Assembly (NCBI GenBank): GCA_963749915.1
Contig: CAVVOP010000020.1
Span: forward strand, 32,001-96,000
From: an uncultured cyanobacterium
GTDB lineage: Bacteria > Cyanobacteriota > Cyanobacteriia > Cyanobacteriales > Cyanobacteriaceae
DNA: 64,000 bases
Direction: 5' to 3'
Both the position numbers and the translations under genes were made by a program. This document shows, piece by piece, positions 19,947 through 29,771 of this stretch (positions within the stretch are counted from its first letter, which is position 1; each line of letters opens with the position of its first letter). Below the pieces are notes generated by a model, which was given only the letters and a program-made list of their open reading frames with translations, was not told the DNA's origin and searched no databases.

Positions 19947-20636
19947 TTAATTTTGCCGAGAATATTTTTGCAGTTTTAGAAGAGTAACGCAAAGCGTTAA
20001 CCACAAAAAACCTACCCCATAACCCGCAAGAATATCCGTTGGCCAATGTACTCCCAAATAGATTCTACTTAAACCAATTAGCAGAATAGTTGTGGTTGCA
20101 AAAGAATAAATTAAACCAGAAAACTTGGGATAATAATTACTCAATAAATAGGCAATTAAACCATATAAAACAACAGAACCTAGGGCATGACCGCTGGGAA
20201 AACTAAAAGAGGTTTCCGAAATAAGATGTTTCCAAAGTTGTGGACGGGGTTTAGCAAAAAATAATTTCATTCCAGTCGTCAGAATTAAAGCTCCTAAACA
20301 AGCTAAAATAAAAATCTTTGCCTCTTGGTAATAGTGCTTTCTCCATAATAAAATAAGGGTGGTGATAACAACCATAATCACAAAACTAGGATTACCCAAT
20401 TGAGTAATTTTGAGCATGATTTGATCTCGGGTTGGATTGGCAAACTGATGTAACCAAAGCAGAAAAAATTTATCAAAAGCAAAGGCTTCTTTTTCTAGAA
20501 CCTCATTGGAAAGTTTGGCAACAACAAATAGGATAAGTACACAGAAAGCTAATCCCCCAATACTGATGGTAGCCATGAGAGAAGATAAATTAGGATTAAT
20601 TTTCCGTTGCCAGAAAACGACAAGATAATGAACCAT
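19947..20636 (-). CDS. PAP2 family phosphatase
   Basis: K...RP, SFPSGH and SRIYLGVHWPTD motifs. Confidence 0.92.
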   Translation of the reverse strand: MVHYLVVFWQRKINPNLSSLMATISIGGLAFCVLILFVVAKLSNEVLEKEAFAFDKFFLLWLHQFANPTRDQIMLKITQLGNPSFVIMVVITTLILLWRKHYYQEAKIFILACLGALILTTGMKLFFAKPRPQLWKHLISETSFSFPSGHALGSVVLYGLIAYLLSNYYPKFSGLIYSFATTTILLIGLSRIYLGVHWPTDILAGYGVGFLWLTLCVTLLKLQKYSRQN

Positions 20637-20718
20637 ATTATATTCTTTTATTGAATTGACACAACGATGATATAGGGAATTGCTAAACTTAAATAATTAA
20701 CAAAAGCTAGATCCTGTC

Positions 20719-21228
20719 ATGATGAAGTTTATCAGTTTTGCTAATTCTTTAAACCTAGTTTCAACTTTGGCTAGTTTCTGGCGTCGATGCTTTCAAGAAG
20801 CGATACGCCTTGCTTTTCGTCATCCAGTTGTCGGAACCAGTATTGTTCCCCTCTTAGAAGATGGACGCATCGTGCTAGTATGTCGACGTGATACGGGACG
20901 TTGGGCTTTACCCGGTGGAATGGTAGCTTGGGGAGAAGATATTGCTAGTACCGTCAAGCGTGAATTAGCGGAGGAAACCGGATTAGACTTATTGAAAATT
21001 CGTCGTTTAGTAGGAGTGTATTCTTCTCCTGAACGAGATTCACGCCTGCACTCCATCTGCGTTGCCTTTGTTGCCGACGTTCGGGGTCAATTGAAAGTAC
21101 AAGATGAATTCGAAATCAGCGAAGTCAGAGCGTTTAGTCCTGACTCTCTACCAACCTTTGACCAGATGTCTTATGATAATGCCGAGCAACTACAGAACTA
21201 CTTGGCGGGGTTGACTGTATTGCAATAA
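20719..21228 (+). CDS. NUDIX hydrolase
   Basis: GGMVAWGEDIASTVKRELAEETG Nudix box. Confidence 0.9.
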   Translation: MMKFISFANSLNLVSTLASFWRRCFQEAIRLAFRHPVVGTSIVPLLEDGRIVLVCRRDTGRWALPGGMVAWGEDIASTVKRELAEETGLDLLKIRRLVGVYSSPERDSRLHSICVAFVADVRGQLKVQDEFEISEVRAFSPDSLPTFDQMSYDNAEQLQNYLAGLTVLQ

Positions 21229-21441
21229 TTTTGTCTCAAGTTTGACTTTCGTTCTTAATCCTTGGCTTTCTTAATTTCTGTCTCTAATTTTGCTTCAAAT
21301 TCTTCTACTTTTTACTTGGCGATCGTATGTATAAGTTTTTCGTGGCACAGGAAAAGGAAATCCTCCCTTAGGATTTAGGCGGTCAATAACCTAGCTAGAA
21401 ACTTTGGGGCGTTTAAAAAAATTTACACTTCGATTTTTGGC

Positions 21442-22398
21442 ATGAATTATTTTGTTAAAAGAATCTTAATTTCTCTACCGACCTTACTTACTATTAGCGT
21501 GGTAATTTTTTGTATATTAGCATTGGCACCAGGGGATCCTTTAAGTGAGTTTGCTTCTAATCCGAATATTACTGCAGAAGTAAGAGAAAATATTAGAAAG
21601 TCCTTAGGGTTGGATCAGTCTATTTATATTCGTTATTTTAAGTGGCTTTTTGCTTTTTTTCGAGGGGATTTAGGTTATTCTTTTACCAGCAGAAGTCCTG
21701 TTTTTGACTTAATTTTACAGCGTCTTCCTAATACTCTAATGATCGTGGGCGTGGCCTATGTGATTAGTGTTTTTGTGGCGATTCCCATGGGTTTAATTTC
21801 GGCTGTTAAACGTTATTCTTTACTTGATAATACGATCACAGCTATCGCCTTTTTTGGATATTCAATTCCGCCCTTTTTCACGGGATTATTATTGATAATT
21901 ATTTTTAGTGTACAGTTGAAATGGTTACCTTTTATTTATGATAGTAACTTACAAATAACTGACATGCAAACTTTTGTAATACAAATAAAACAATCGTTAA
22001 TGCCCATTGTCGTATTAAGTTTATATCAAACGGCGGTATTAATGCGATTTATGCGATCTTCGGTGACGGAAGAATTGAGTCATGATTATGTGCGCACGGC
22101 TTATAGTAAGGGATTAAATAGTTATCAGGTGGTAGTTAATCATATTTTGCGTAATGCTTTAATTCCGGTGGTAACTCTTATTGCCCTTGATATTCCTAGT
22201 ATATTTACTGGTGCACTGGTTACTGAACAAATTTTTCGGATTCCGGGTATTGGAGCTTTATTGATAGAATCAATTTATCGTAGTGACACTCCAGTGGTAA
22301 TGGCGATCGCGATGATTTACGGTATTTTAATTGTTATCTTTAATCTGATCGCCGATTTGACCTATTCATGGTTGGATCCTAGAGTGAGATTATACTAA
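21442..22398 (+). CDS. Peptide/nickel ABC transporter permease (DppB/OppB-like)
   Basis: APGDP, GDLGYS, YVRTAYSKGL...HILRNALIP and DPRVR motifs. Confidence 0.9.
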   Translation: MNYFVKRILISLPTLLTISVVIFCILALAPGDPLSEFASNPNITAEVRENIRKSLGLDQSIYIRYFKWLFAFFRGDLGYSFTSRSPVFDLILQRLPNTLMIVGVAYVISVFVAIPMGLISAVKRYSLLDNTITAIAFFGYSIPPFFTGLLLIIIFSVQLKWLPFIYDSNLQITDMQTFVIQIKQSLMPIVVLSLYQTAVLMRFMRSSVTEELSHDYVRTAYSKGLNSYQVVVNHILRNALIPVVTLIALDIPSIFTGALVTEQIFRIPGIGALLIESIYRSDTPVVMAIAMIYGILIVIFNLIADLTYSWLDPRVRLY

Positions 22399-22415
22399 AA
22401 GTATTACAGACAATT

Positions 22416-22446
22416 AATTATATTTTCCAAAACTCTCGCAGTATTG
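22416..22446 (+). mobile_element. Orphan right end of the MITE family seen at 61976-62170
   Basis: AATTATATTTTCCAAAACTCTCGCAGTATTG is nearly identical to 62140-62170. Confidence 0.75.
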
Positions 22447-22525
22447 GGTTGGGCAATAGTAAGCTAATTTAACGTTAACAATCCCAACATTGATTAGATA
22501 TCTCCAAAAATTAAAAATCTATTGA

Positions 22526-23542
22526 TTAAGGGGTTTGCCAGATACGTTGATGATAGGCGATCGGTTCTGCCAAAGGATCGCTATCATGGTTATGATCATG
22601 GTGATGATGGGAGTAATCATGACTATGACTGTGATCATGGTGTTGGTGGTGATGATAGTCATTTTGCGCGGCATTAAGGCGGAATTTACACATCTCACAA
22701 TTCATTTTTACCTCGCCCATTTGGGTTTCGATTTCTCTTTCCCTAATTAATTGTAACAACTCTGGCTGGATACCCATTTCTGGTAAACAGGTAATATCAA
22801 TATCAGGATATAATTTTTGATGTTCAGCGGAAATGTGATAGATTTTTTTCATTAAAGCACCCATAAATAAGAAATAGGGCAAGACAATAATTCTTTTGGG
22901 TTGATATAATAAAACGCGGCGGAATCCTTCTTGCAAACGAGGGTGAGAAATACCGATAAAGCAGGTTTCTACCGTATTATATCCGCTACCTTCCCACAAA
23001 ATACGGGCTAATTTGTACACATCACCGTTAGCATCAGGATCACTTGAACCTCGACCCACGAATAATAACACCGTATCTTCACGGGAAATGTTACGAGGAT
23101 TATATTTGGGTTGATCTAGTTGTGCAAGGCGTTTTTGCCAAAGATCAATAATACTGGGATTAATGCCAAAATGTCGCCCATAATAAAATTGTAACTGAGG
23201 ATATTTAAGCCTAGTACGATCTAACTCGTTAGTAACATCAAACTTATTATGACGGGCGGCGAATAAGAGGATCGGCAGGGCAGAAATATCAGCATATCCT
23301 TGGTTGATACAAGACTCAACCCCTTCAGCAATGGTAGGTGCAGTCAATTCCAAAAAACAAGGAATTACCGGGCGACATTGATCTAATGCTTGATAAGCAT
23401 CGACAAAATCCAGGAACACTTGACGACCATCTTCATCTCTTGTACCATGACCAATCATTAGTAGCGGACGTTGTAATGGTAAAGGCTTTAAGGTATTTTG
23501 TTTGTAACTTAGTGGCATTTTTTCGAAAGGGGCTGTTTGCAT
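22526..23542 (-). CDS. cbiX: Sirohydrochlorin cobaltochelatase with His-rich tail
   Basis: [21 protein letters not shown] and MNCEMCKFR motifs plus a poly-His tail. Confidence 0.93.
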   Translation of the reverse strand: MQTAPFEKMPLSYKQNTLKPLPLQRPLLMIGHGTRDEDGRQVFLDFVDAYQALDQCRPVIPCFLELTAPTIAEGVESCINQGYADISALPILLFAARHNKFDVTNELDRTRLKYPQLQFYYGRHFGINPSIIDLWQKRLAQLDQPKYNPRNISREDTVLLFVGRGSSDPDANGDVYKLARILWEGSGYNTVETCFIGISHPRLQEGFRRVLLYQPKRIIVLPYFLFMGALMKKIYHISAEHQKLYPDIDITCLPEMGIQPELLQLIREREIETQMGEVKMNCEMCKFRLNAAQNDYHHHQHHDHSHSHDYSHHHHDHNHDSDPLAEPIAYHQRIWQTP

Positions 23543-23659
23543 TGAATTTTTGGGATGAATGGCGATAATATTTACCCTAATTATACCGATCTCCTCAAAC
23601 TGAAGTAAATGCTAAACGGGGGGATTAAGTATTCTATTATTTCAATATAATAATTTGGC

Positions 23660-23721
23660 TAGGGAATCGGGAGTCAGTCACCGATGTAGGTTTTTTACAA
23701 ACTGGCGATGGCAAGACAAGG
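23660..23721 (+). repeat. 62-bp dispersed repeat, copy 1
   Basis: TAGGGAATCGGGAGTCAGTCACCGATGTAGGTTTTTTACAAACTGGCGATGGCAAGACAAGG, nearly identical to 26926-26987. Confidence 0.9.
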
Positions 23722-23759
23722 AAAAAAACTTCTTAGTCTTCTAGTAACCCAGTCTTTGC

Positions 23760-24533
23760 TCACAGTGCAGAGGGAGGACGAATATACTCTTTAATTCCTA
23801 CAGAATCTAAATATAGTTTTATAGCCTCTTGAGTATTTCCATGATAAGCAACTTTACCATGATCTAACCAAATAGACCGATCGCATAAATCTTTGACATA
23901 TTCCAAACTGTGGGAAACAAATAAAATTGTACTACTTTGTTCCCATAAACTTTGAATACGTTCCCGAGATTTATGGGTAAATTTAGCATCACCCACGGAC
24001 AAAACTTCATCGAGAACGAGAATATCGGGTTGTACATCCGTAGCCACGGAGAACCCTAAGCGGGCTTTCATCCCAGAAGATAAGGCTTTAACTGGCACTT
24101 CTCCATATTCTTCCAACTCGGCAAATTCGAGAATTTCACGGGTACGAGTTCTCATTTCTTCTTTAGAATAACCCAATAAAACTCCATATAAAATTATATT
24201 ATCTTTGACGGACATCTCCATATTAAAACCGGCACCTAATTCGATTAAAGGTGCAATATTTCCTCGTACTCTTACCGTACCAAAAGTGGGGGTCAAAATA
24301 CCGCAAATAACTTTAAGCAATGTGGATTTTCCGGCTCCATTAGAGCCGATAATACCGATTTTTTCGCCACTACGAACTGCAAAATCAACGTCTTTTAAAA
24401 CTTGTTTTTTCGCAGGTTTAACATATTTTCCCTGTAAAAAAGATATTACTGTTTTTTTTAGATCATAAGAAAATTCTTCCTGAGTTCTGCGCCATAAAGA
24501 AACATTATTTAGTCTAATAACTTCTCGATCCAT
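23760..24533 (-). CDS. wzt: Polysaccharide ABC exporter ATP-binding protein
   Basis: GSNGAGKST, LSSGMKARLGF and LDEVLSVGD motifs. Start at MDREVIRL assumed. Confidence 0.9.
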   Translation of the reverse strand: MDREVIRLNNVSLWRRTQEEFSYDLKKTVISFLQGKYVKPAKKQVLKDVDFAVRSGEKIGIIGSNGAGKSTLLKVICGILTPTFGTVRVRGNIAPLIELGAGFNMEMSVKDNIILYGVLLGYSKEEMRTRTREILEFAELEEYGEVPVKALSSGMKARLGFSVATDVQPDILVLDEVLSVGDAKFTHKSRERIQSLWEQSSTILFVSHSLEYVKDLCDRSIWLDHGKVAYHGNTQEAIKLYLDSVGIKEYIRPPSAL

Positions 24534-24589
24534 TGCAATTTTGAATAAAAATAAATGTGGTAAATAATTGGTCAAGGGGGAAAACTTAT

Positions 24590-25417
24590 TTAAAGTAAAT
24601 CCATAAAAGATGATTGTACACGGCGAAAAAATAACCACCCTAAAGTTAAAATAATTATGCCACTTAAAAAGCCTTTTATCAAATGACTAATTTCTGGAAA
24701 ACTACCTTCTAAACTAATTTGTCGCAGACTTTCAATAATTGGCACTAAAGGATTAAGGTATAAAAAAGGTTGCACTCTTTGGGGTACAATTTCCGCAGGA
24801 TAAAACACTGGGCTGGTAATCCACACAATAAAGGTAGCGATTTCATAGAAGTAACCTAAATCTCTAAAAAAGACAAATAAGGCACTCACAAACAACCCCA
24901 CTCCTGCACAAACTAAAACTAGGGCAGTAAAAGGCAATAACAAGGAAAATACAAATACAACATTATGAGTTTTTATTAATGTAACTATGATTAATAACGG
25001 CAATGATCCGACAACAAATTGGAAAATATTAGCGGCGATCATTGATAAGGGAAAAACGGGTATAGGTAACTTAATTTTATTTAATAAATCACCGTTAATA
25101 ACAATACTGCTTAGTGCCTGAGTTGTGGAAGAATTATAAAAATTAATTACTAATAAACCCGTAAAAGCAGCGAACATATAATTAATAATAGAATCTTCGA
25201 AATAAGAAGCAAATGTTGTGCCAAAAATAACGGTATATAAAGTAGTCATAATAATGGGATTTAATAATGACCAATATACTCCTAAAAAAGAACCACGATA
25301 ACGAGTATTTAGATTTTGTGGCACTAAGACGGAAAGCAATTCCCAATAACGTAGAAGACTATGCCAAAAAGGCGATTTCTCCATCATAGTTAAGGTTTTT
25401 TTTCTGGCTAAAATCAT
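24590..25417 (-). CDS. wzm: Polysaccharide ABC exporter permease
   Basis: RYRGSFLGVYWSLLNP, FFRDLGY and LNPL motifs, adjacent to wzt. Confidence 0.9.
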   Translation of the reverse strand: MILARKKTLTMMEKSPFWHSLLRYWELLSVLVPQNLNTRYRGSFLGVYWSLLNPIIMTTLYTVIFGTTFASYFEDSIINYMFAAFTGLLVINFYNSSTTQALSSIVINGDLLNKIKLPIPVFPLSMIAANIFQFVVGSLPLLIIVTLIKTHNVVFVFSLLLPFTALVLVCAGVGLFVSALFVFFRDLGYFYEIATFIVWITSPVFYPAEIVPQRVQPFLYLNPLVPIIESLRQISLEGSFPEISHLIKGFLSGIIILTLGWLFFRRVQSSFMDLL

Positions 25418-25789
25418 AAATATTAGAAATAATAATTGACTATTTGTTATTCAATAAAATTATTGTATCTTAGAGTTACCCCCTTTTCCTGTCAGCATCT
25501 ATATCTTTTAAGAGGATAATTCTCAATAAGTTACTATAAAATCGGTCATTTTAAAAGCGAAAGATAAGATTTATCAACATCGATCTTTTGTATTATAGCA
25601 TCCCCCACAAGAACTAAAGTCCTAAAGATAATAATAATTCTATATGTAACTGACTGGTCGTCTTTATAGTCCAGAACTCTGAACTAATTTATGGTGTGTT
25701 CAAAATAAGATTCTATAGGGTAAACTTAATCTAAGTATTAAGCTATAGTTTTATAGAAATACACAATATATATATCCATTGAAGGAAGA

Positions 25790-26854
25790 ATGACTAATCA
25801 TAAAACAGCTCTAATTACTGGTATTACAGGGCAAGATGGTTCTTATTTAAGTGAACTATTATTAGGCAAAGGTTACGAGGTTCATGGTATTATCAGACGG
25901 ACTTCTACATTTAACACCGATCGCATAGATCATATCTATCAAGATCCCCATCAGGAAGATGCTAAATTTTTTCTTCACTATGGTGACTTGACTGATGGTA
26001 CTACTTTACGGCGTATTTTAGAAGAAACACAACCGGATGAAGTTTATAACTTAGGGGCACAATCTCATGTTCGAGTTAGTTTCGACGCCCCAGAATTTAC
26101 CGTTGATAGTGTGGCTATGGGTACATTACGGCTATTAGAGGCAATTCGAGATTATCAACAAAGAACCTCTGCCGATATTCGTTATTATCAGGCAGGATCA
26201 TCAGAAATGTTCGGAAAAGTAATGGAAATTCCCCAAAAAGAATCTACTCCTTTTTATCCCCGTAGTCCTTATGCTTGTGGAAAAGTATATGCACACTGGC
26301 AAACCGTAAATCACCGTGAATCTTATGATATGTTTGCTTGTAACGGTATCTTATTTAACCATGAAAGTCCCCGTCGCGGCGAAACTTTCGTAACTAGAAA
26401 AATTACTAGGGCCATCGCTCGTATTGTCGCAGGGCAACAGAAAAAACTATACTTAGGCAACACCGACTCTAAAAGGGATTGGGGTTATGCAAAAGATTAT
26501 GTGGTAGCTATGTGGTTAATGCTGCAACAAGACCGACCTGATGATTATGTGGTAGCAACGGGAGAAACTCATTCGGTCAAAGAATTTTTAGAATTGGCTT
26601 TTTCTCACGTTAACCTAAACTGGGAAGATTTCGTCGCCTTTGATGAGCGTTATTTGCGCCCTGCTGAGGTAGATTTATTAATAGGCGATCCCACCAAAGT
26701 TAAAGAGAAGTTGGGTTGGCAACCCTCTGTTACTTTTCCTGAGTTAGTAAAGTTAATGGTAGATGCGGATTTAGAAGTGCTTGGTATCACCAATGGGAAT
26801 AAAGTTAAAGATCAAGCCTATATCCGTCAAAATATGCTACACAATGTCAATTAA
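25790..26854 (+). CDS. gmd: GDP-mannose 4,6-dehydratase
   Basis: [19 protein letters not shown] and [16 protein letters not shown] motifs. Confidence 0.97.
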   Translation: MTNHKTALITGITGQDGSYLSELLLGKGYEVHGIIRRTSTFNTDRIDHIYQDPHQEDAKFFLHYGDLTDGTTLRRILEETQPDEVYNLGAQSHVRVSFDAPEFTVDSVAMGTLRLLEAIRDYQQRTSADIRYYQAGSSEMFGKVMEIPQKESTPFYPRSPYACGKVYAHWQTVNHRESYDMFACNGILFNHESPRRGETFVTRKITRAIARIVAGQQKKLYLGNTDSKRDWGYAKDYVVAMWLMLQQDRPDDYVVATGETHSVKEFLELAFSHVNLNWEDFVAFDERYLRPAEVDLLIGDPTKVKEKLGWQPSVTFPELVKLMVDADLEVLGITNGNKVKDQAYIRQNMLHNVN

Positions 26855-26925
26855 TGAGAGTGAGGATTTTTGATCCATCCTAGTATTCCCACAATTTTGA
26901 CCTGAGGAACAGGGCTGCCGAGTAT

Positions 26926-26987
26926 TAGGGAATCGGGAGTCAGTCACTGGTGTAGGTTTTTTACAAACTGGTGATGGCAAGACAAGG
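26926..26987 (+). repeat. 62-bp dispersed repeat, copy 2
   Basis: Nearly identical (3 mismatches) to 23660-23721, same orientation. Confidence 0.9.
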
Positions 26988-27012
26988 GGGGAAAGTGGAC
27001 AAGGGAGAAAAT

Positions 27013-27297
27013 AACTAATTTTGAGTACCAAAGAGTTTTCCGATGCAATCGCGTCGCGGCAGATACTGTCTCAATCTTGTATTTTCTCCTTCAACCCGGC
27101 CTAAAGCTAGAGAAACAGCAAAATTGGCAAAGTAGCTAAAAAGCAATCAGAGAGGGGATTATTGTTTTAAGGTAGCTTCCTGCCATAGCGATCGCTCTAG
27201 AACACCGATTCAGTAATCAAAAAGCCAGACTGATTTGCTGTTGTCTGACTTTAAAGTTGGGAAACGCGCTCATCCCACAGTTATTTGATGCACGACC
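27013..27297 (-). mobile_element. IS1-family remnant (InsB C-terminal fragment plus probable terminal IR)
   Basis: The minus strand at 27013-27098 reads RVEGENTRLRQYL-(frameshift)-LHRKTLWYSK, a typical cyanobacterial InsB motif. GGTCGTGCATCAAATAA ending at 27297 resembles an IS1 terminus. Confidence 0.65.
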
Positions 27298-27357
27298 AAA
27301 TTAGAACTGATAAGGGTTTTAGTTGTTATTCAATACTTTTGTACGGGGGAAGTTCGG

Positions 27358-27438
27358 TTATTACTTATATTTTGTCCAAAATAAGTTGCTTGGTTTTAAT
27401 ACTTTTATCATCTTACAAAGTGAAGTGCGAAATGTGGG
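27358..27438 (+). mobile_element. Orphan right end of the IS1634-like element
   Basis: 81 bp nearly identical to 63138-63218, including the IR TGAAGTGCGAAATGTGGG. Confidence 0.88.
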
Positions 27439-27442
27439 TTAT

Positions 27443-28474
27443 CTAGATTTTTTTGAAAATAAGTACTTCACCACGATCGCCACCTGCCGCTAATTTTTGT
27501 CCTGATAAATTCCATTTTAAACAAGAAAAACCCCCTGATACTCCCGTTAAATCTTGTAGCAAATTTTTTGCTTTTTCCCACAGTAATAAATGACCATCTT
27601 CGCTACAACTACTTAATAGAAGGCTTTGGGGATGAAATTGTAAATCTTGAATCACGCTATCATTTAAGCCTAAAACAGAGGCATTCCAACCTTCTTCGGT
27701 GATTTTTGCTTTTTGCCACAGGATAATATCTCCCACACTAGAAGTAGCTAACAAAGGAACTTCGCCCCATGTAGTTTCTGACCAAGCAAGGTTACGGATT
27801 TTACCGCTAAACCCTGAGAGTTTGGAAGGTACTAAGTTACCGCCTCCCCACACTAATACGATATTATCAAGGGAACTCATGGCTAAATATTCACCATCCC
27901 CAGACCAAGCAATTTTCAGGGCAGCAGCATCCATTTCGATGTAGAAAGGATCATCATCCCAATTTTTCGAGTCCCAAATTTTAACCCCTCCGTTTCCGGC
28001 AATGGCCAAAAGTTCTCCGTTGGGATTCCAAGCAAAATCTAATACGGTGGAATTTTCAAAGGGCAAAGTAGCGATAATTTCTCGAGAAACTACATCCCAA
28101 ATTTGCACATAACGCCCTTGACTAAAAGCAAGGTAATTCTGATGAGGATGCCAAGCTAAATGTTCTACCCATTTTGAACCCCAATCAAGGATATGAACTA
28201 ATTGTAGTTCTGGGAATTGCCAAATCCTTACTTGAGCATCTTGTCCCCCAGCTGCCAAAAATTGACCACTATGGGAAAAGCCTAAACAGTCGATGGAATC
28301 TTGTTTTTGGTTAGGTGTAAGAATCAGTTGTGGTCGATCTGAAAATACCATAACTTCCCCACCGGCTGAACTTGCCGCTAAATTACCATCTTTTGACCAA
28401 CTCAGGGCTGTAATATATTCTCCTAGTTCTCCTTGCCACTGTAATTCCAAGAGGGGATTTTTTAGATTAAACAC
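27443..28474 (-). CDS. WD40 repeat protein
   Basis: Repeated W[S/N/H]P.G..LA.AG.DG.V.IW units, overlapping the cobW stop. Confidence 0.88.
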   Translation of the reverse strand: MFNLKNPLLELQWQGELGEYITALSWSKDGNLAASSAGGEVMVFSDRPQLILTPNQKQDSIDCLGFSHSGQFLAAGGQDAQVRIWQFPELQLVHILDWGSKWVEHLAWHPHQNYLAFSQGRYVQIWDVVSREIIATLPFENSTVLDFAWNPNGELLAIAGNGGVKIWDSKNWDDDPFYIEMDAAALKIAWSGDGEYLAMSSLDNIVLVWGGGNLVPSKLSGFSGKIRNLAWSETTWGEVPLLATSSVGDIILWQKAKITEEGWNASVLGLNDSVIQDLQFHPQSLLLSSCSEDGHLLLWEKAKNLLQDLTGVSGGFSCLKWNLSGQKLAAGGDRGEVLIFKKI

Positions 28475-29433
28475 GCTCTAAAATCCTTTTTTAATTGTTT
28501 TTCGTCCAAATTACGCCCAATAAATATCAGTTCATTTTTACGAGTTTCTTGGGGTTTCCAGAGGCGATCCACAGTTACATCAAACAACATATGAACTCCC
28601 TGAAAAACTACCCTCTCATCCATCCCTTCCACATTTAAAATACCTTTCATGCGGAAAACATTGGGACCTTGAGTCCTTAATAACTCCCCCATCCAACTAT
28701 GTAACTTATCTAAATCTATTTCCCCTGATTCCACAATCGCCACGGAATATACGGATTCATCATGTTCGTGGGCATCTTCCGAGAGAAAATTCGGGTCAAT
28801 TTCTAAGGCTTTCTCAAGATCAAAAGCTCTAATTCCTAAAAGTCGATCCATACTAATATGAGCATTCTCGGTACGATAAATTTTTGCCATGGCATTCATA
28901 CCCCGAATACGTTTTTCTAAGTCTTCTAACTCCTCAACCGTGACTAAATCTGTCTTATTGAGCAAAACAATGTCAGCAAAGGCAATTTGCTCTTGTGCTT
29001 CATCGGCATCCCAATGTTGATGAATATGCTTAGTATCTACCAGCGTCACCACGGCATCCAAGAGTAACTTAGATTTCATATCTTCATCCACAAAAAAAGT
29101 TTGCACTACTGGTGCAGGATCAGCTAATCCTGTAGTTTCAATGACTAGATGATCAAATTTGTCCCGTCGTTTGAGTAAATTACCAATAATGCGCATTAAA
29201 TCGCCCCTGACCGTACAACAGATACAGCCGTTATTCATCTCAAAAATTTCCTCATCTGCAGAAATCACCAATTGATTATCAATGCCTACCTCTCCAAACT
29301 CATTGACAATAACAGCTACTTTTTTCCCGTGTTCATAGGTAAGAATATGATTGAGTAGAGTTGTTTTTCCTGCACCTAAGTAACCAGTTAAAACCGTTAC
29401 GGGAACGGTATTTTTGTCTGTTTGTGTGAACAT
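28462..29433 (-). CDS. COG0523/CobW family metallochaperone GTPase
   Basis: GYLGAGKTT, GCICC, ETTGLADP and NKTD motifs plus a CobW_C domain. Confidence 0.94.
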   Translation of the reverse strand: MFTQTDKNTVPVTVLTGYLGAGKTTLLNHILTYEHGKKVAVIVNEFGEVGIDNQLVISADEEIFEMNNGCICCTVRGDLMRIIGNLLKRRDKFDHLVIETTGLADPAPVVQTFFVDEDMKSKLLLDAVVTLVDTKHIHQHWDADEAQEQIAFADIVLLNKTDLVTVEELEDLEKRIRGMNAMAKIYRTENAHISMDRLLGIRAFDLEKALEIDPNFLSEDAHEHDESVYSVAIVESGEIDLDKLHSWMGELLRTQGPNVFRMKGILNVEGMDERVVFQGVHMLFDVTVDRLWKPQETRKNELIFIGRNLDEKQLKKDFRACLI

Positions 29434-29681
29434 TGATAACCTCTTTTCCCTTAAATAAAATTATTCTCACCAGTTTAGCAAACTGTAGTCAATCGTGATG
29501 CTAATGCTTTCCGAATGGCAGCTCAATCTTTGGGTTTTGAGCTAGTACTTATGTCAATTTCAAAATGACGGGTTGAGACAAGCAGACGAGGCAAGAGAAA
29601 ATAAACTTAATCTCACTCACTTTTCTGAAAATACATAGGAAAATCTTATGATAGTAATAAAAATAACTATCTTTAAAAATC

Positions 29682-29710
29682 TTGACAAAACTTTACATTT
29701 TCTCTAATAT
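29682..29710 (+). promoter_or_regulatory. Putative sigma70-type promoter of psbA
   Basis: TTGACA-17 nt-TAATAT about 60 nt upstream of the ATG. Confidence 0.6.
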
Positions 29711-29771
29711 AGTATTTATGGTAAGTAGTTACCGAATCGTACCTCGAAAATTTTATCGCAATCATAAAAAT

